A DNA stretch of 60,388 nt, counting the filler, from Piptocephalis cylindrospora (Eukaryota): the NCBI GenBank assembly GCA_003614145.1. It is 6 parts of 6 records of this genome, joined end to end, with 100 filler letters (N's around TTAATTAATTAA, not from the genome) between each part and the next. Parts side by side here need not be neighbours in the genome. Positions count along the whole stretch, not along the records: positions 40,455 to 50,395 come from KZ988058.1; positions 50,496 to 60,388 come from KZ988059.1; 4 more parts are not named here. The stretch is one strand, 5' to 3'. Positions 49,329-60,388 of this stretch are shown piece by piece. Below the pieces are notes generated by a model that was given only the letters and a program-made list of their open reading frames with translations, did no database searches and was not told the DNA's origin. Numbering within the stretch: the stretch's first letter is position 1; the number at the start of each line of letters is the position of its first letter. The position numbers and the translations under genes are program-made.

Positions 49329-50395
49329 TCATTGCCCATCTCGACCTCGGGACATGGTATTCCGTTTCTTCAGCAATGCCTGTTCAGGAAGGAAGCATGA
49401 GTTGTTGAACGGCCTTACCCAAGCACCCACAATAGTCAATAGAGGCAGAATACCTCGGACACCTGCTCCAATTCTTTGAGGTCCACCCCACTTCTGTTCA
49501 CACCATCTTGCAAGGTCCGATCCGTAGATCCTTCAGAAGAGGGCCGCTTATTCGTCTCACCAGAGCAACTTTCCGATCTCCTTTATGTTCGTTCAAAGGA
49601 GACAGCATTTCGAACGATTCATCGGGAAGCGGGGATATCCATAAGACGCTCTCCAGGATGCAGGAGCGGAACCTGGAGGAGTTGAGGGACGGTAGGGCGT
49701 TGCTTAGGATCATACTGAAGGCAAGCCCGAATCGTGTCAATGCCATCCACATCCACCTTGACCTGGGCTGTCACCCTTTCTCTCGCAGGTTCCGATAAAT
49801 CCGCACCCTTCCTCTTCTCCTCTTCGTCCTCATGCGTCTCCTTGATCGTTCCATCCGGATTATACTCCAGCCATTTAGGATAGTCGATAATAAAGGATTC
49901 ATCCATGATAGCATCTAGCTTTCCTTGAAAATCATAGTCCGCTAAGGGAGTATGGCCGTAGAGCATCTGGTAAAGGATGCAGCCCAGGGACCAGACGTCA
50001 CTGGCCAGCCCCATCCTTATCATCACTCTCCCTATATTCTGGCCCTTTCCGGTGTCCTTTAGGGCTTCAGGGCTTACGTAATCCACAGTTCCAATCTTCT
50101 GGTGGCTGTAACTCTCGGTGGAACCACTGGGGATGCGTTTAGCGATCCCAAAGTCAATCAATTTGAGTTGGCCACAAACGAGGAGGAAGTTCGCCGGATT
50201 CAGATCGGAATGCACGATCCTCTCCTCATGGATGGTTTGGACAGCAGACAGCATTTGCTCCCAGTACATCCGCATAACGGTCATATTTTTTTTTGACCTT
50301 TCCACCGATTCAGCACCTTCGCCAGATCAATATCTCCAATTTCCATGAGCATGAAGATGTAACCTTCTTCCAGGTTAACCTCGTAACTACACAGC
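49329..50395 (-). pseudogene. MPS1/TTK-like protein kinase, 3' part, frameshifted and degenerate
   Basis: GYIFMLMEIGDIDLAKVL / RMYWEQMLSAVQTIHEERIVHSDLNPANFLLVCGQLKLIDFGIAK...IGTVDYVSPEAL...ASDVWSLGCILYQMLYGHTP is Mps1-like. The frame breaks at a 9-nt A run (50286-50294) and the HxDLKPxN Lys is Asn. The main ORF stops at 49619; the extension to 49329 is inferred. Confidence 0.75.
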
Positions 50396-50495
50396 NNNNN
50401 NNNNNNNNNNNNNNNNNNNNNNNNNNNNNNNNNNNNNNNTTAATTAATTAANNNNNNNNNNNNNNNNNNNNNNNNNNNNNNNNNNNNNNNNNNNN
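50396..50495. other. artificial contig linker
   Basis: 44 N + TTAATTAATTAA + 44 N. Confidence 0.98.
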
Positions 50496-50576
50496 CTGGA
50501 GAGGGATAGAGTGATGAGTGGTGGTAGTGAAGAAGAGAGAGAGAGGGAGAGATAGCGGATCTAGAGGATGGCTTAC

Positions 50577-50919
50577 CTTCAGCGGCAATCTTTTCAGCCT
50601 TGGCCTCAGAGATGCCTCGAATATTAAGTAACTCCTTCTTTGGGGTATAGGCAATAGACTCCACAGTGTGGTATCCGGCTTCCAGGAGCTTCCTGGTATC
50701 CTGGACACTAATACCAGCTTCCTATAAAGACAGAGGATAAACGTTAAAAAGCTGGAAGATCACAAGAAAGGCGCGGTTCATTCTCTCGGCGGAAGCGCCT
50801 ACCTCAAGCTTTTGGATGGGCAGAGGCCCGGCAACCTCCTCTTCCATCTCCTCTTGATGTTGCTGACTGCTCTCGTCGACCATCACGGCCACGTCCTCTT
50901 GCTGGGAATAGGCAGACAT
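50577..50919 (-). CDS. RAD51: recombinase Rad51, first two exons; truncated
   Basis: Exons 50919-50803 and 50721-50577: [54 protein letters not shown], closer to Rad51 than to Dmc1 as recalled. Confidence 0.92.
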
Positions 50920-51414
50920 AATTGGGATTGGGGTTGAGAAGACCAGGCTACTTGGACGACCTTATGAGGAGCTTTGTAACAGGAGGTGATGAAATGGGGA
51001 GGAGGGAAGGGGGAGGAGGAGGAGGGAAGGGAAGAAGTGGTCTGATATTGATGGGGCTGGGTGAAATGAGAAGAATCGCGCCTCTTTATTTATCCCTGAC
51101 GGCGGTGACCCGGAATGACTCATACACACGAAGGATGACTCTCCCTTGGCCAATCCCTGCTCGCAAGAGACCTTGTGAAGATGGGATGGCTAGCCAATCC
51201 CACTCCGCCATTCCCAAGCCCTGGGCTAGTGAACTGGCTAGATTTTTTTGATTGTTGAGACCCATACATCCAATCTGCAAAAAGTACTCAAAAAGGATGA
51301 AAATTTACATAGGGGTTTTTATTAGTATTTATCCCATGGAGATAACATCTCGCTGTTTATTACTACTGCTGCTATGCTATGGAGAAGATCTCAGGTTGGA
51401 CACGGTCATTCATT

Positions 51415-52637
51415 TTATAGGTTCTTGAGATCACCTTGAGGGCATGAAATGGCCAGAGCTAGAGGATGTAGAGAACCCAGGGAGGGCTCCATGATAGGAC
51501 GGGAAGCGTATTGCGGCATCCAAACACGTCGCTCCTGATCAGAGGCGTTTCCCAGACTATGATGGAAAACATGAGGAGAAAGAAGGAGGATGTCCCCTGG
51601 GGAAGCAAGGATGGGTACGGGGGGACATGGGTTTCTAAGAGACTCCTTTCCGAGACGGGTGTGCCAGTTGGAGAACTCATCTGGAGGGATACTTGTATTT
51701 TTCTCTGCTTCCTGATGTGAGTTGGGGAAAGGACGGACCCATACTGTTCCATTATCCTGATCAAGAGGATGAGTGAGGAAAGGGGAAGGGATAAAGGCGA
51801 AAAGGACAAAGCTCACCTCATTTACAGGGTCCAATGGGGCCCAAATGGCTACCTGGGGTATGAACCTGACGGAATCATTCATGTATTGAGAGTCCTAAGA
51901 TTGGGAGAGTAAGAGAGAGATGGGGAGAGGAAAGTTGAATGAGCGCTAGAAAAGAGCCTATTGCTCGCCTCGCCTCGTATCACCTGATGCCAATCAAATA
52001 CGGAAGCATGGGCACTTCGGGGAGGCTTGACAATGTACTGCTCATTCATCTTTGAAGTTGGGAGTAAGTCTATCTACTTGATGTGGAAAGCCTCTTCTTG
52101 GAGCATGGCTTACCAAGGAGAATGATGGAGTATCCAAGGGTAAAATTTCATGCTGACGGAGTAAGGAGGGGACGATGTGAAAGAGGGCCTCGTCTATCCC
52201 TTTTAAAGAAGTGCGATCAAGGATTCCTGACCGTTCGAGGAAAAAATCATCGACGAACCGCCGACAAGGATGCTCCTTACTGGGCATATCATTAGACCCA
52301 AATGCACTGATCGTCTCTATCGATCCAGTGAAGTGAACGAATGTACATGTTAGAAGAATCAATACTCTTGTCACTCCTCGATATTCCTACGTACCAATGA
52401 CGCATCCAGCATGGGTCAGGAGGTCGCAGTGATTGTAGGTACGGTCAATAAAGGCATCACAATCCTTCTGGAGATTTTGAATGACTCTTTGAGGTAAGCC
52501 TGTGACGGGAGAAATTGAAGAGGGAGAAGTGAGCTGAAGGCACTTTCGCCATGCTGCTTCCTCTCCTACTTGACTTTACCTCGCCGAACGACCGTAAAAC
52601 CTTGGGTATGAAACTCGGTGCAGTGTTGTGTGGGCAT
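51415..52637 (-). CDS. phytanoyl-CoA dioxygenase (PhyH)-family Fe(II)/2-oxoglutarate oxygenase, multi-exon
   Basis: Spliced product contains EFHTQGFTVVRRGL, NEQYIVKPP, FDWHQ|DSQY (HxD), AIWAPLDPVNE|DNGT, PGDILLLSPHVFHHSLGNASDQERR (distal His and Arg). Confidence 0.87.
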
Positions 52638-52972
52638 AGGATCTTCCGAGATGCTGGCCGTCGAGCAGAACAAGTGGTAAAGATGGACAACTCTGCGTTC
52701 CTATCTATGTCAGCGTGACTTGAGAGAGTTTACCTGACTCTGGCCCAATTTGAGGATCTTGAGGTACCAATATAGGTATAGGATGAGTAGGGCACAGGCT
52801 GTGGGGAGGTGAGATGAATTCAGTAGACATTGATCGAAGATGGTAATGCTTTTATCTCCCGAATTTGTGATTGACAGGACGGTCAACAGGAGGCCTTTAC
52901 CTTCTCCTATCTTCTCTTCTCCCATCTCCTTTGCTCTCCCTCCTTCTCTCTCCCTCCCTTCTTTCCGCCAAC

Positions 52973-54142
52973 ATGTCTAATTCCGCCACCTCGGCCATGG
53001 ATTCCCCGGCTAGAGGAGGAGCAGGTCCTCGTCGACTCACCAGGTATCTGTACCAAAACGAAATTGCCCAGATGATGTTTGTCTTTGGCGAGACTGGTAA
53101 CTTGTCTGGGGAGACTACAATGCTCGTTGAGGACATTGTCCATGCCCAGGTGATTGAGCTAGTAAGTTGCGTGGGGACGGAGATGGGGGCCTTTCCTTGG
53201 TCGAGCTCACGACATATTTGTACAACCCTTTGAATCCTCATAGATTATCCAAGCGGCTGGACAGTCTGGTCGAAGAGGCTCTCGATCCATATCGTATGAG
53301 GACATCCTTTTCATTATTCGACATGATCGGGTCAAGGTGGCCAGACTTCGAAACTTTCTTTCCTGGAAGGATGTCCGTAAGAATGTCAAGGACAATCAAG
53401 GGGGAGGTGCAGATCCAAATGAAGAATTAGTGGAGGAGGCCGACGTGGGTAAGTACGAAATCCATCGTGTATCGCGTGGTGCATTCCAATAGAATCTCAT
53501 CGCCTTTCGCATAGCATCCAAAGCAAGAAAGAAACAACCCAAGCTTCCTTGGACCCCCCTGTCCCAGTACATGGATGTCCTTGGGGAAAGAGATGATGGA
53601 GATGAAGAGGATGAGGACGAGGTCGAGGCTTACAAAGAGTCCCTGGCAAGGCTGAAGGTATTTTTGAGAGGAGAGTATCCGATGGCCATATGATCCTAAT
53701 TCTCCCCCTTGTCGAGTAGGTCGCAGATGATATTACCAGAAACATGACTAGGGAGGAGTATGCTCGGTGGTCCGAGTGTCGTCAGGCTTCATTTACATTC
53801 AAGAAGGCCCGTCGCTTTCGGGACTGGGCGAGTATGTCGGCCCTGATGGACACCAAGCCAAATGATGATGTGATTGAGTGTCTCGGTTACCTGACGTTTG
53901 AGATGGTGAGAAAGCTGACCGAGTGGGGTATGGCGATCCGACGGGAGGCCGAGGCGGAGGAGAAGGCAGGCGGCGGGGGCAATATTCCTTCTAGGGCCGG
54001 AATCTTTGCTCGGCCCCGGGAGGACTACGGGGCCTTACGGATGCAGGACGTGGAAGAGGCGTACCGAAGAATGCAGCTTGTCCGACGGCCTGGGTGGAAT
54101 TTCCGAGGAGGTCTTTCCCGGACCCGGCTCTCCTTGATCTGA
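52973..54142 (+). CDS. SPT3: SAGA complex subunit Spt3, multi-exon
   Basis: [14 protein letters not shown]...[81 protein letters not shown]. Confidence 0.95.
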
Positions 54143-54951
54143 TGAGTCTGACGGGCTATTTGTGTTTCTCATTTGTGTATGTGGCTTTCAACGGGGTCTT
54201 TACGAGGGAAGGATATTGCCTATGCGTCGTTTATTCAATGAAATTATCATCCTCGCTCTCACGACGCATACCGTGAGGATAATGGCATGCTAGGGCTCTT
54301 GGTTTAATCCATAGTCTCATGGATATGGTAGTCTCATGGACATGGTATGGCAAAGCCGACTTCCCATCGCTCATTCCAGTAGAATAGCCAGGTGATGGGT
54401 ATCTGATCATTCCAAAGCAGTATCTCATTGTGGGAATGCACTATCTTTGAACGGGGACGATTGGACACTCATTAAATGGTAACTCCATGATTAGAGAATC
54501 CTTACTGCATAGACAGGTTCCATCCATACAATGTACTAATCCTTGTCATTGATCCTTCCTTCATCCATCCCCTAATTTAACAAGGCTCAACTGTCAGATC
54601 TGGTGCATCTCTCCACACTGCTCAGGATGCCTGCATGCCAGCTGGTGGAGTCAGCACAAAGAACCTTTACTGGAGGAAAGAATTGGGGCTACCTAAGCCA
54701 CTGTCTTTGAAAGACCGTCCGTGTGCCCAAGACCGACAGAAAGACCGCGGAACTTCCTTCTTCTCCCCCCCCCCCCTACCTTCCATCTGCCCATTCTTCC
54801 CACCCCTCGGATCCTTGCTAACTTAGAGGTGCCGACTAGTCATTCATCCTTCTGTCCATCGATCCAGTATCCCCTCCCACCCACCGGTCCTATCCTATTG
54901 CTGCACTTGACCTTTCTTCTACTCTTCTTGCTCCTCTCCGTTCGACCAAGT

Positions 54952-56660
54952 ATGGCCTTAGTAGAGACGCTGAGTGCGGCAACCGGGGTGCCTATTCCGG
55001 CACTGAAGCTGCTGCTTACTGTCCTGTTCGGATACCCTGTAGCGGCATTCTACAGCATAGTCCTGCTACCCAACCACCGCTTTTCCAAGTCGTTGGCACC
55101 TCATCTGAGAAATGCATATTATCTACTGACCGGCCTGGGGCTGAGCTACTTTTACTGTGGGACCGACACGTACCATTCACTCCTCACCGTCCTCGGGACG
55201 TACGGCTTGACCTGGGTGACTCACTTGACGGGAACGCGGCGCAAAGCCCTTGGTCCTCTGGTCCTGGTCTTTAACCTCGCCTACCTCCTGATCGGGTACG
55301 CGAACACGATGACGGAAGGATATGACATTAATTGGACCATGTCTCAATGCATTCTTTGTCTACGTCTCACCGGCTTTGGCTGGGATATTGCCGATGGCGT
55401 GCCCACCCCTCCGGGGAAAATCAAGGAGGCCCAAGGGCCATCAACGGGTCTTGCATCCTTTCCGGATGATTCCCCCCTTGGGGATATCCCTTCGCTCGTC
55501 CGCATCTTGGGATGGGCATATCATCCGACCTCATTTCTCGTCGGCCCCCAATTCGCATACAGACTTTACGAGAAAAGTCTGCATAATGAGCATCTCCCTA
55601 GCCCGGATACTATTCCTGCCGGGAGGAAAGAGCGGATTCTACAATGCTTGGCTCTCGGGGTATTTTACTTGGGCTTCAATCAGATTCTCGGATCCGCATT
55701 CCCTACTTCCTTCCTTCCCGCCGATGAATTTCGCCAGGAGTATTCCTTGGGCGGACGTGCACTATACATGTGGATTGCAGGCAAAGCCGCCATGAGCAAG
55801 GTAAGGTTTTCAGGGACAACACAGGAATGTATGGGCACGGGATGGGGCAGCCTGCAAGGGCATCATGTGGCAGAAGGGGCAATATGAGGGTGGATGCAGG
55901 GATGTGAGGGTAAACGGTTATATGTGGGGGGGGTGCGTTGATCTTCTGTCCCCTGCTCTTTTGTCCTTCCCCACCTCACTTTATCCTCGATCTCTAGTAC
56001 CTCGGAATCTGGAAGCTGAACGAGGGAGCTTGCATCCTCACAGGGATTGGATATGGTGGTCCACGGAAGCTGGAGAGTGGAGCCGCTCCGGCGCACTGGG
56101 ATGGTCTGTCGAATGTGGATATTCAGGGGTATGAGATGGCTACGTCCCTTACCCAGATTATTGCCTCCTTCAATATCAACACCAACCACTGGGTCAAACG
56201 ATATGTCTTCAAGAGGCTACGGTTCCTCGGGAGCAAGAACCTCTCCTCTCTCGGGGCCCTCCTGTATTTGGCTGTATGGCACGGGTACCACGCTAATTAC
56301 TTTTACGTCTTTGCTATGGAGTTTATGGATATAGAGGCCGAGCGTCGTGGCCGTCGTATCCTTGCCCCCTTGACCCAGAAAATCTTTGCTGCTCAGGGTG
56401 GGAGTAAGGTGGGAAAAATGGCTTTTCACGTGTCCTGGTGGGTTCTGACCACATCAGCCCTTTACTATGCCATGTCGGCCTTTGATCTGCCTGGTTTCAC
56501 CCGTGGTCTACGTGCCTGGTCCTCCATCCACTACTTGGGCTTCTGGGCGGTCGTAGCCATTTTCGTCGCTGATGTGCTGATTCAGCGTCAACGGAAGGGA
56601 TTATCTCGCGGTGGTGATGGCGGTCGTCATGGGGCTGGCGGGAAACAAAAAGGAGAATGA
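54952..56660 (+). CDS. MBOAT lysophospholipid acyltransferase, LPCAT3/MBOAT5-like
   Basis: Exons 54952-55800 and 55998-56660. YDINWTMSQCILCLRLTGF, FLVGPQF, EGACILTGIGY, IASFNINTNHWVKRYVFKRLRFLGSK, catalytic LAVWHG, C-terminal KQKGE (KxKxx ER retrieval). Confidence 0.92.
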
Positions 56661-58587
56661 AGTCCTGGCATCCCTAGGAGTAAGGGTTCTGATGCTTCAT
56701 ATGGACACGATCTTCCTTTGTGGGATGGGTCCATTTATTTTCTTAACTTGAGGTTACGTATGGGTGTATGCAAGGGAAATAGACATGCATCAAGGACGAA
56801 AGTTTCCCCGTTGCCCGACACCCTTCTCTCTCTCCCTTACCTCATCCTTCCCCTGAGATCCATGGGTCCGCGATGGGCGTGGAAATGGGAAAGAGGCGGG
56901 TATGAGATTCGTTTGCAGATGAGTCATTCACTCTCTCCAGACACCTACCCTATATGATCACCCGCTTTTCACCCAAAGTCATGCCTTCAAGGGATTGGCG
57001 ATGATTAATCCAACGGGGGGTCGAAGGGGAATAGACATGCTGGATGCTTTTCCATCCTATCCCCGAGCTGATAATGCACACATCCTTCGTCCTTTATCCA
57101 CGGATCCCCCACCTTTCTGGAGAGATCCACACGTCCCTTAAGCGAATAATGGAAGTCTCCCCCTCGGTCCGCTTTGAAGTGTGTTCCGTTCCCGTCCTTC
57201 CTTTCATCGATCCCAATGACCCCAAGGTATACACAGAGAGGATGCGTGGGATGCGGACATGGGCATACCGCGCTTGGATATGCACAGGACGCAAGGATGT
57301 CTCAGTACGGGGAGCTGATAGACACTCATGAGGGAGAGGGGTTGGAGGGGTGGATGAGAATTTAGCGGGGATGCATTCTCATCCAACAGCGCAACTTCAT
57401 GATTCCCTGGGGGTAGTTCCTTGTGCTTCCCCCCTCTCCCCCGGGTAAGCACACCTGGTGTCAAGGAAGGGGGTATTATCACGATGAGTGAGTGAATGGT
57501 GTGATGAGGGTGGCAGAGGGCAGGGGTGCATGGGTCGCCTCTATTTCCCATCTCCAGGGTGGGGGCGGAGGGGTTGGTTATCGATGAACTGCTCCCTCCG
57601 CTCATCTACAAACGAATTGATGTCTAATCTCCCAGAGTAGATTACTTCAAGTGGCAATGGGAATGGTTATCTCTCCTCATGTATGAAATTGGCTATCTTT
57701 AGAAAGTTCTATCAGCATGACCAACTAGTTAATTCACCATGGTAGTAGTATTATTGTTTTATGAGACGTCTTATCTTTCCTCCGAAAATTAGTTATCGTT
57801 CATGGAAGAATGTAATGGATACGTGGGACACACTAATCCAGTGCCCTTGTTTTCTCATGACCAAATATATCGACCATTGGCCACATCAGAGGGACATCCT
57901 TCCTTACCTCCCCCATTCAAATTATTGAGAGAGTGAATCATGAAGATAGATCATGACGCCTATGGAAAATATGATTACACCCTCATTACCACCTGCTTCT
58001 GTATCCTCTCGAGACGGAGGGGAAGTGGACCTGCATCCCCGACGCCAAATCATCTCCACATCCCCTCCCATCCCATCCCATCCCAAGGGCAAGAATATCG
58101 ACTCATCTCATGCTCTCCAACATGACCCTTACAGGAAAAGGGGTAGGGGTGGTCATTGGAAGGACTTGGCAGATGGATTTGGAAGGCGCTCATTTCCCTC
58201 TTTCTCACTTTCCCAAGGCTATAAAGAGACCATGGGTTGTGCCCTATCTGTTCTTTCCTCTCCCCTCTCTATCCGTACCATACCATCCCATTCCTAGTCC
58301 CATTCCCCTCTCGTAGACGCTATCTATCCTCCAACCTCCTGTTCTCCCCTACGCTCCAGCATATCTCCCCGCATTCCCTCCAACTCTGTTTCATCTGGAC
58401 GTCTGTGTCACCCGTATCAACTCCGTTGCAAACATCTACCATCACCTAGTCTATTCCTTTTCCGATCCAATCGCTTAGCCTTTCATCCACACAATCTCCC
58501 TTTACGGTCCTCCATCTCTCTTCCATTCGTACCACACTCATTCATTATCTATTTTTTCAATTGCCCCTACATACCTTAAATCCGACC

Positions 58588-60330
58588 ATGTCCAACGACT
58601 CGCTTGCCAATGTGGAGTCCCCAACCGGATCTCCAACCTCCCAGCATGGTGCCCCCTCTACTCTCAACTCTCAAACCCCTTCTCCCCATTCAGCTGCCGT
58701 CATGACTCCCGAGCTGGAGATGCACGCTGGGGAACTGAGGCCGGTCGAGGAGATTAGCCTTAAAAAAGCCGGGACGGATCCCTCTGATGGCAGAGTTGAT
58801 TCTATCGATGTACGTAGTCACTTTCCCTGTCGTGCTTCCCTCTTCCCTTCACTCATGATCCCCCTGTCCTAGTAGAAATTTTCGGCGATGAGGAAAAATT
58901 GCATCCTTGCCATCGTAGCCTTTGCTGGAATCCTAGGTCCCCTGACCAGTACCGTCTTCCTTCCCGCCATCCGAGATCTCCAACGGGATCTCCACACCAC
59001 CCTGACTATTGTAAACCTGTGCATTTCCCTATTTGTCCTCTTCATGTGCACGTCCCCATTTGTCTGGGCTCCCCTGTCGGAGATGATCGGCAGGAAACCC
59101 ATTTTCCTCATCAGCACCGCTCTCTTCACCGGGGCCTCGGCCGGATGCGCCCTATCTCCCTCTGCTGGGCTATTTGTCCCCATGCGCGTCCTCCAGGCCA
59201 TTGGGTCCGCTAGTGGTCAAGTCGTTGGGGCTGGGGTTATTGCGGATATCTTCGAGGCCAAGGAGCGTGGGACCCGCATGGGAATATTCTTCATGGGCCC
59301 CTTGCTCGGCCCTGTCCTCGGGCCCTTCGTCGGTGGTTTCATCACTCAGAACCTCGGGTGGCGTTGGGTCTTTTGGATCCCGTGTATCCTCGGGGGTTCT
59401 GTTCTTCTTTCCATCCTGCTCCTCCTTCCCGAGACCCTTCCTTCCCCCAAGCCCCTGGGGCCATTTAACCCCCTGACACCCCTTCGCTTCTTCAAGGACC
59501 CTAACGTATCTCTCATGGTCATTTATCCGGGAGTCACGTATGGCCTCATGTACTTTCTCCTCACCAACTACTCTCCGACTATTAGCCGGACCTACGGATG
59601 GAACACCTCCCAAACGGGTGTCAGCTTCCTGGCTGGGGGTATCGGTAATATCCTCGGTACCTTTGTCGGAGGATGGCTTGCTGACTGGGGCCGGTCTAGG
59701 GCTCTGCGCAAGTCCGAGGGCTCAGCCACCCCCGAGATGCGCCTCACCGCCTTTTGGATCGGCGCTCTTCTTATGCCGATTGGGTTCATCATGTAAGTTT
59801 ACCTCTGCTTTGATGTCAAAGTGCAAAGTGAAAATTTAACTGATCCTTTCCCATTACCGTAGTTTTGGTTGGACCCTGCAAGCAAAGACCCACTTTGCTA
59901 TTCCTTTGATCGGGTATTTTATCGGTAAGAAGGTCAAAAAATACATGTTTCATACCTCCCCCCCCATTACTCACTCTTTCTCCTTCTTCACCTACACTAG
60001 AGGGCTTTGGTCAGCTCATGGGCTTTAGCATTACTAATACGTACTTTGTTGATGCGTACGCCACCAAAGCTGCCTCGGTCATTGGAACTGCTACCTTTGT
60101 TCGGGGAATCATGGGGATGATCACACCACTATTTGCCGTTCAGATGCAAGCAGCCCTGGACATTGGCTGGACCTACACTATCCTCGCCATCATTTCCCTC
60201 CTCTGCGCCATCCCCGTTTTCATTGTCAAGCGATGGGGGGTGGTGTGGAGGCAGCGTAGGGAAATGCGTGGTGAAGGGCTTTCTGACCCCAGCGCTGCCA
60301 GCAAAACCCTTTCCATTGAAAAGGATAATT

Positions 60331-60335
<5 letters not shown>
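58588..60335 (+). CDS. MFS transporter, DHA1 (drug:H+ antiporter) family
   Basis: Exons 58588-58809, 58876-59792, 59863-59924, 60001-60335. Motifs WAPLSEMIGRKP, RVLQAIG, GAGVIADIF..ERG, GPLLGPVLGPFVGG, GWRWVFW, LPETL, PEMRL, YFVDAY. Confidence 0.93.

Positions 60336-60382
<47 letters not shown>
60334..60382. repeat. (GA)n microsatellite at contig end
   Basis: Perfect GA run starting within the MFS stop codon; a likely cause of the assembly break. Confidence 0.95.

Positions 60383-60388
<6 letters not shown>

Noticed and set aside
1..50919. Apparent cluster of DNA repair and checkpoint genes (SSL2, MGS1, RAD10, MPS1-like, RAD51)
   Set aside because: They lie on four different concatenated contigs, so the proximity is an artefact.
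1..60388. tRNA, rRNA or snRNA genes
   Set aside because: No convincing cloverleaf, T-loop context or conserved rRNA/snRNA motif found by eye; a covariance-model scan would be needed to exclude them.

Overview
This is eukaryotic, fungal DNA: compact genes, short GT-AG introns of about 55-110 nt, and CT-rich tracts before start codons. It is not one locus. Five identical 100-bp linkers (44 N + TTAATTAATTAA + 44 N) join six contigs of descending length (10042, 10031, 10004, 9977, 9941, 9893 bp), so genes on different contigs are not neighbours. Retention of CINP-like, LPCAT3-like and cactin genes suggests an early-diverging fungus (possibly Zoopagomycota; inference only). Contig 1: SSL2/XPB (5' part), RPL19, a DUF4748-type small protein, a DHHC palmitoyltransferase. 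Contig 2: ASNSD1-like, an Atf1-like bZIP, ACC1 (3' part). Contig 3: PSA1, a CLASP/TOG-like protein, a CINP-like gene head-to-head with MGS1, a receiver-domain protein. Contig 4: cactin (5' part), a 664-aa orphan, a GH17 enzyme, PDB1. Contig 5: a GPI-type Cys-rich protein, RAD10/ERCC1, a degenerate-FHA protein, a dead Tc1 (DD34E) transposon with 130-bp TIRs, a broken MPS1-like kinase. Contig 6: RAD51 (5' part), a PhyH-family dioxygenase, SPT3, an LPCAT3-like MBOAT, a DHA1 MFS transporter. I saw no rRNA, tRNA or CRISPR, and I cannot support a novel multi-gene system. The best leads are the CINP-MGS1 divergent pair, the transition-dominated decay of the Tc1 element, a TAG/TAG stop-switch splice acceptor in the MFS gene, and the MPS1-like and FHA accessory region. 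All gene models were spliced by eye, and family calls come from recalled motifs, not database searches.
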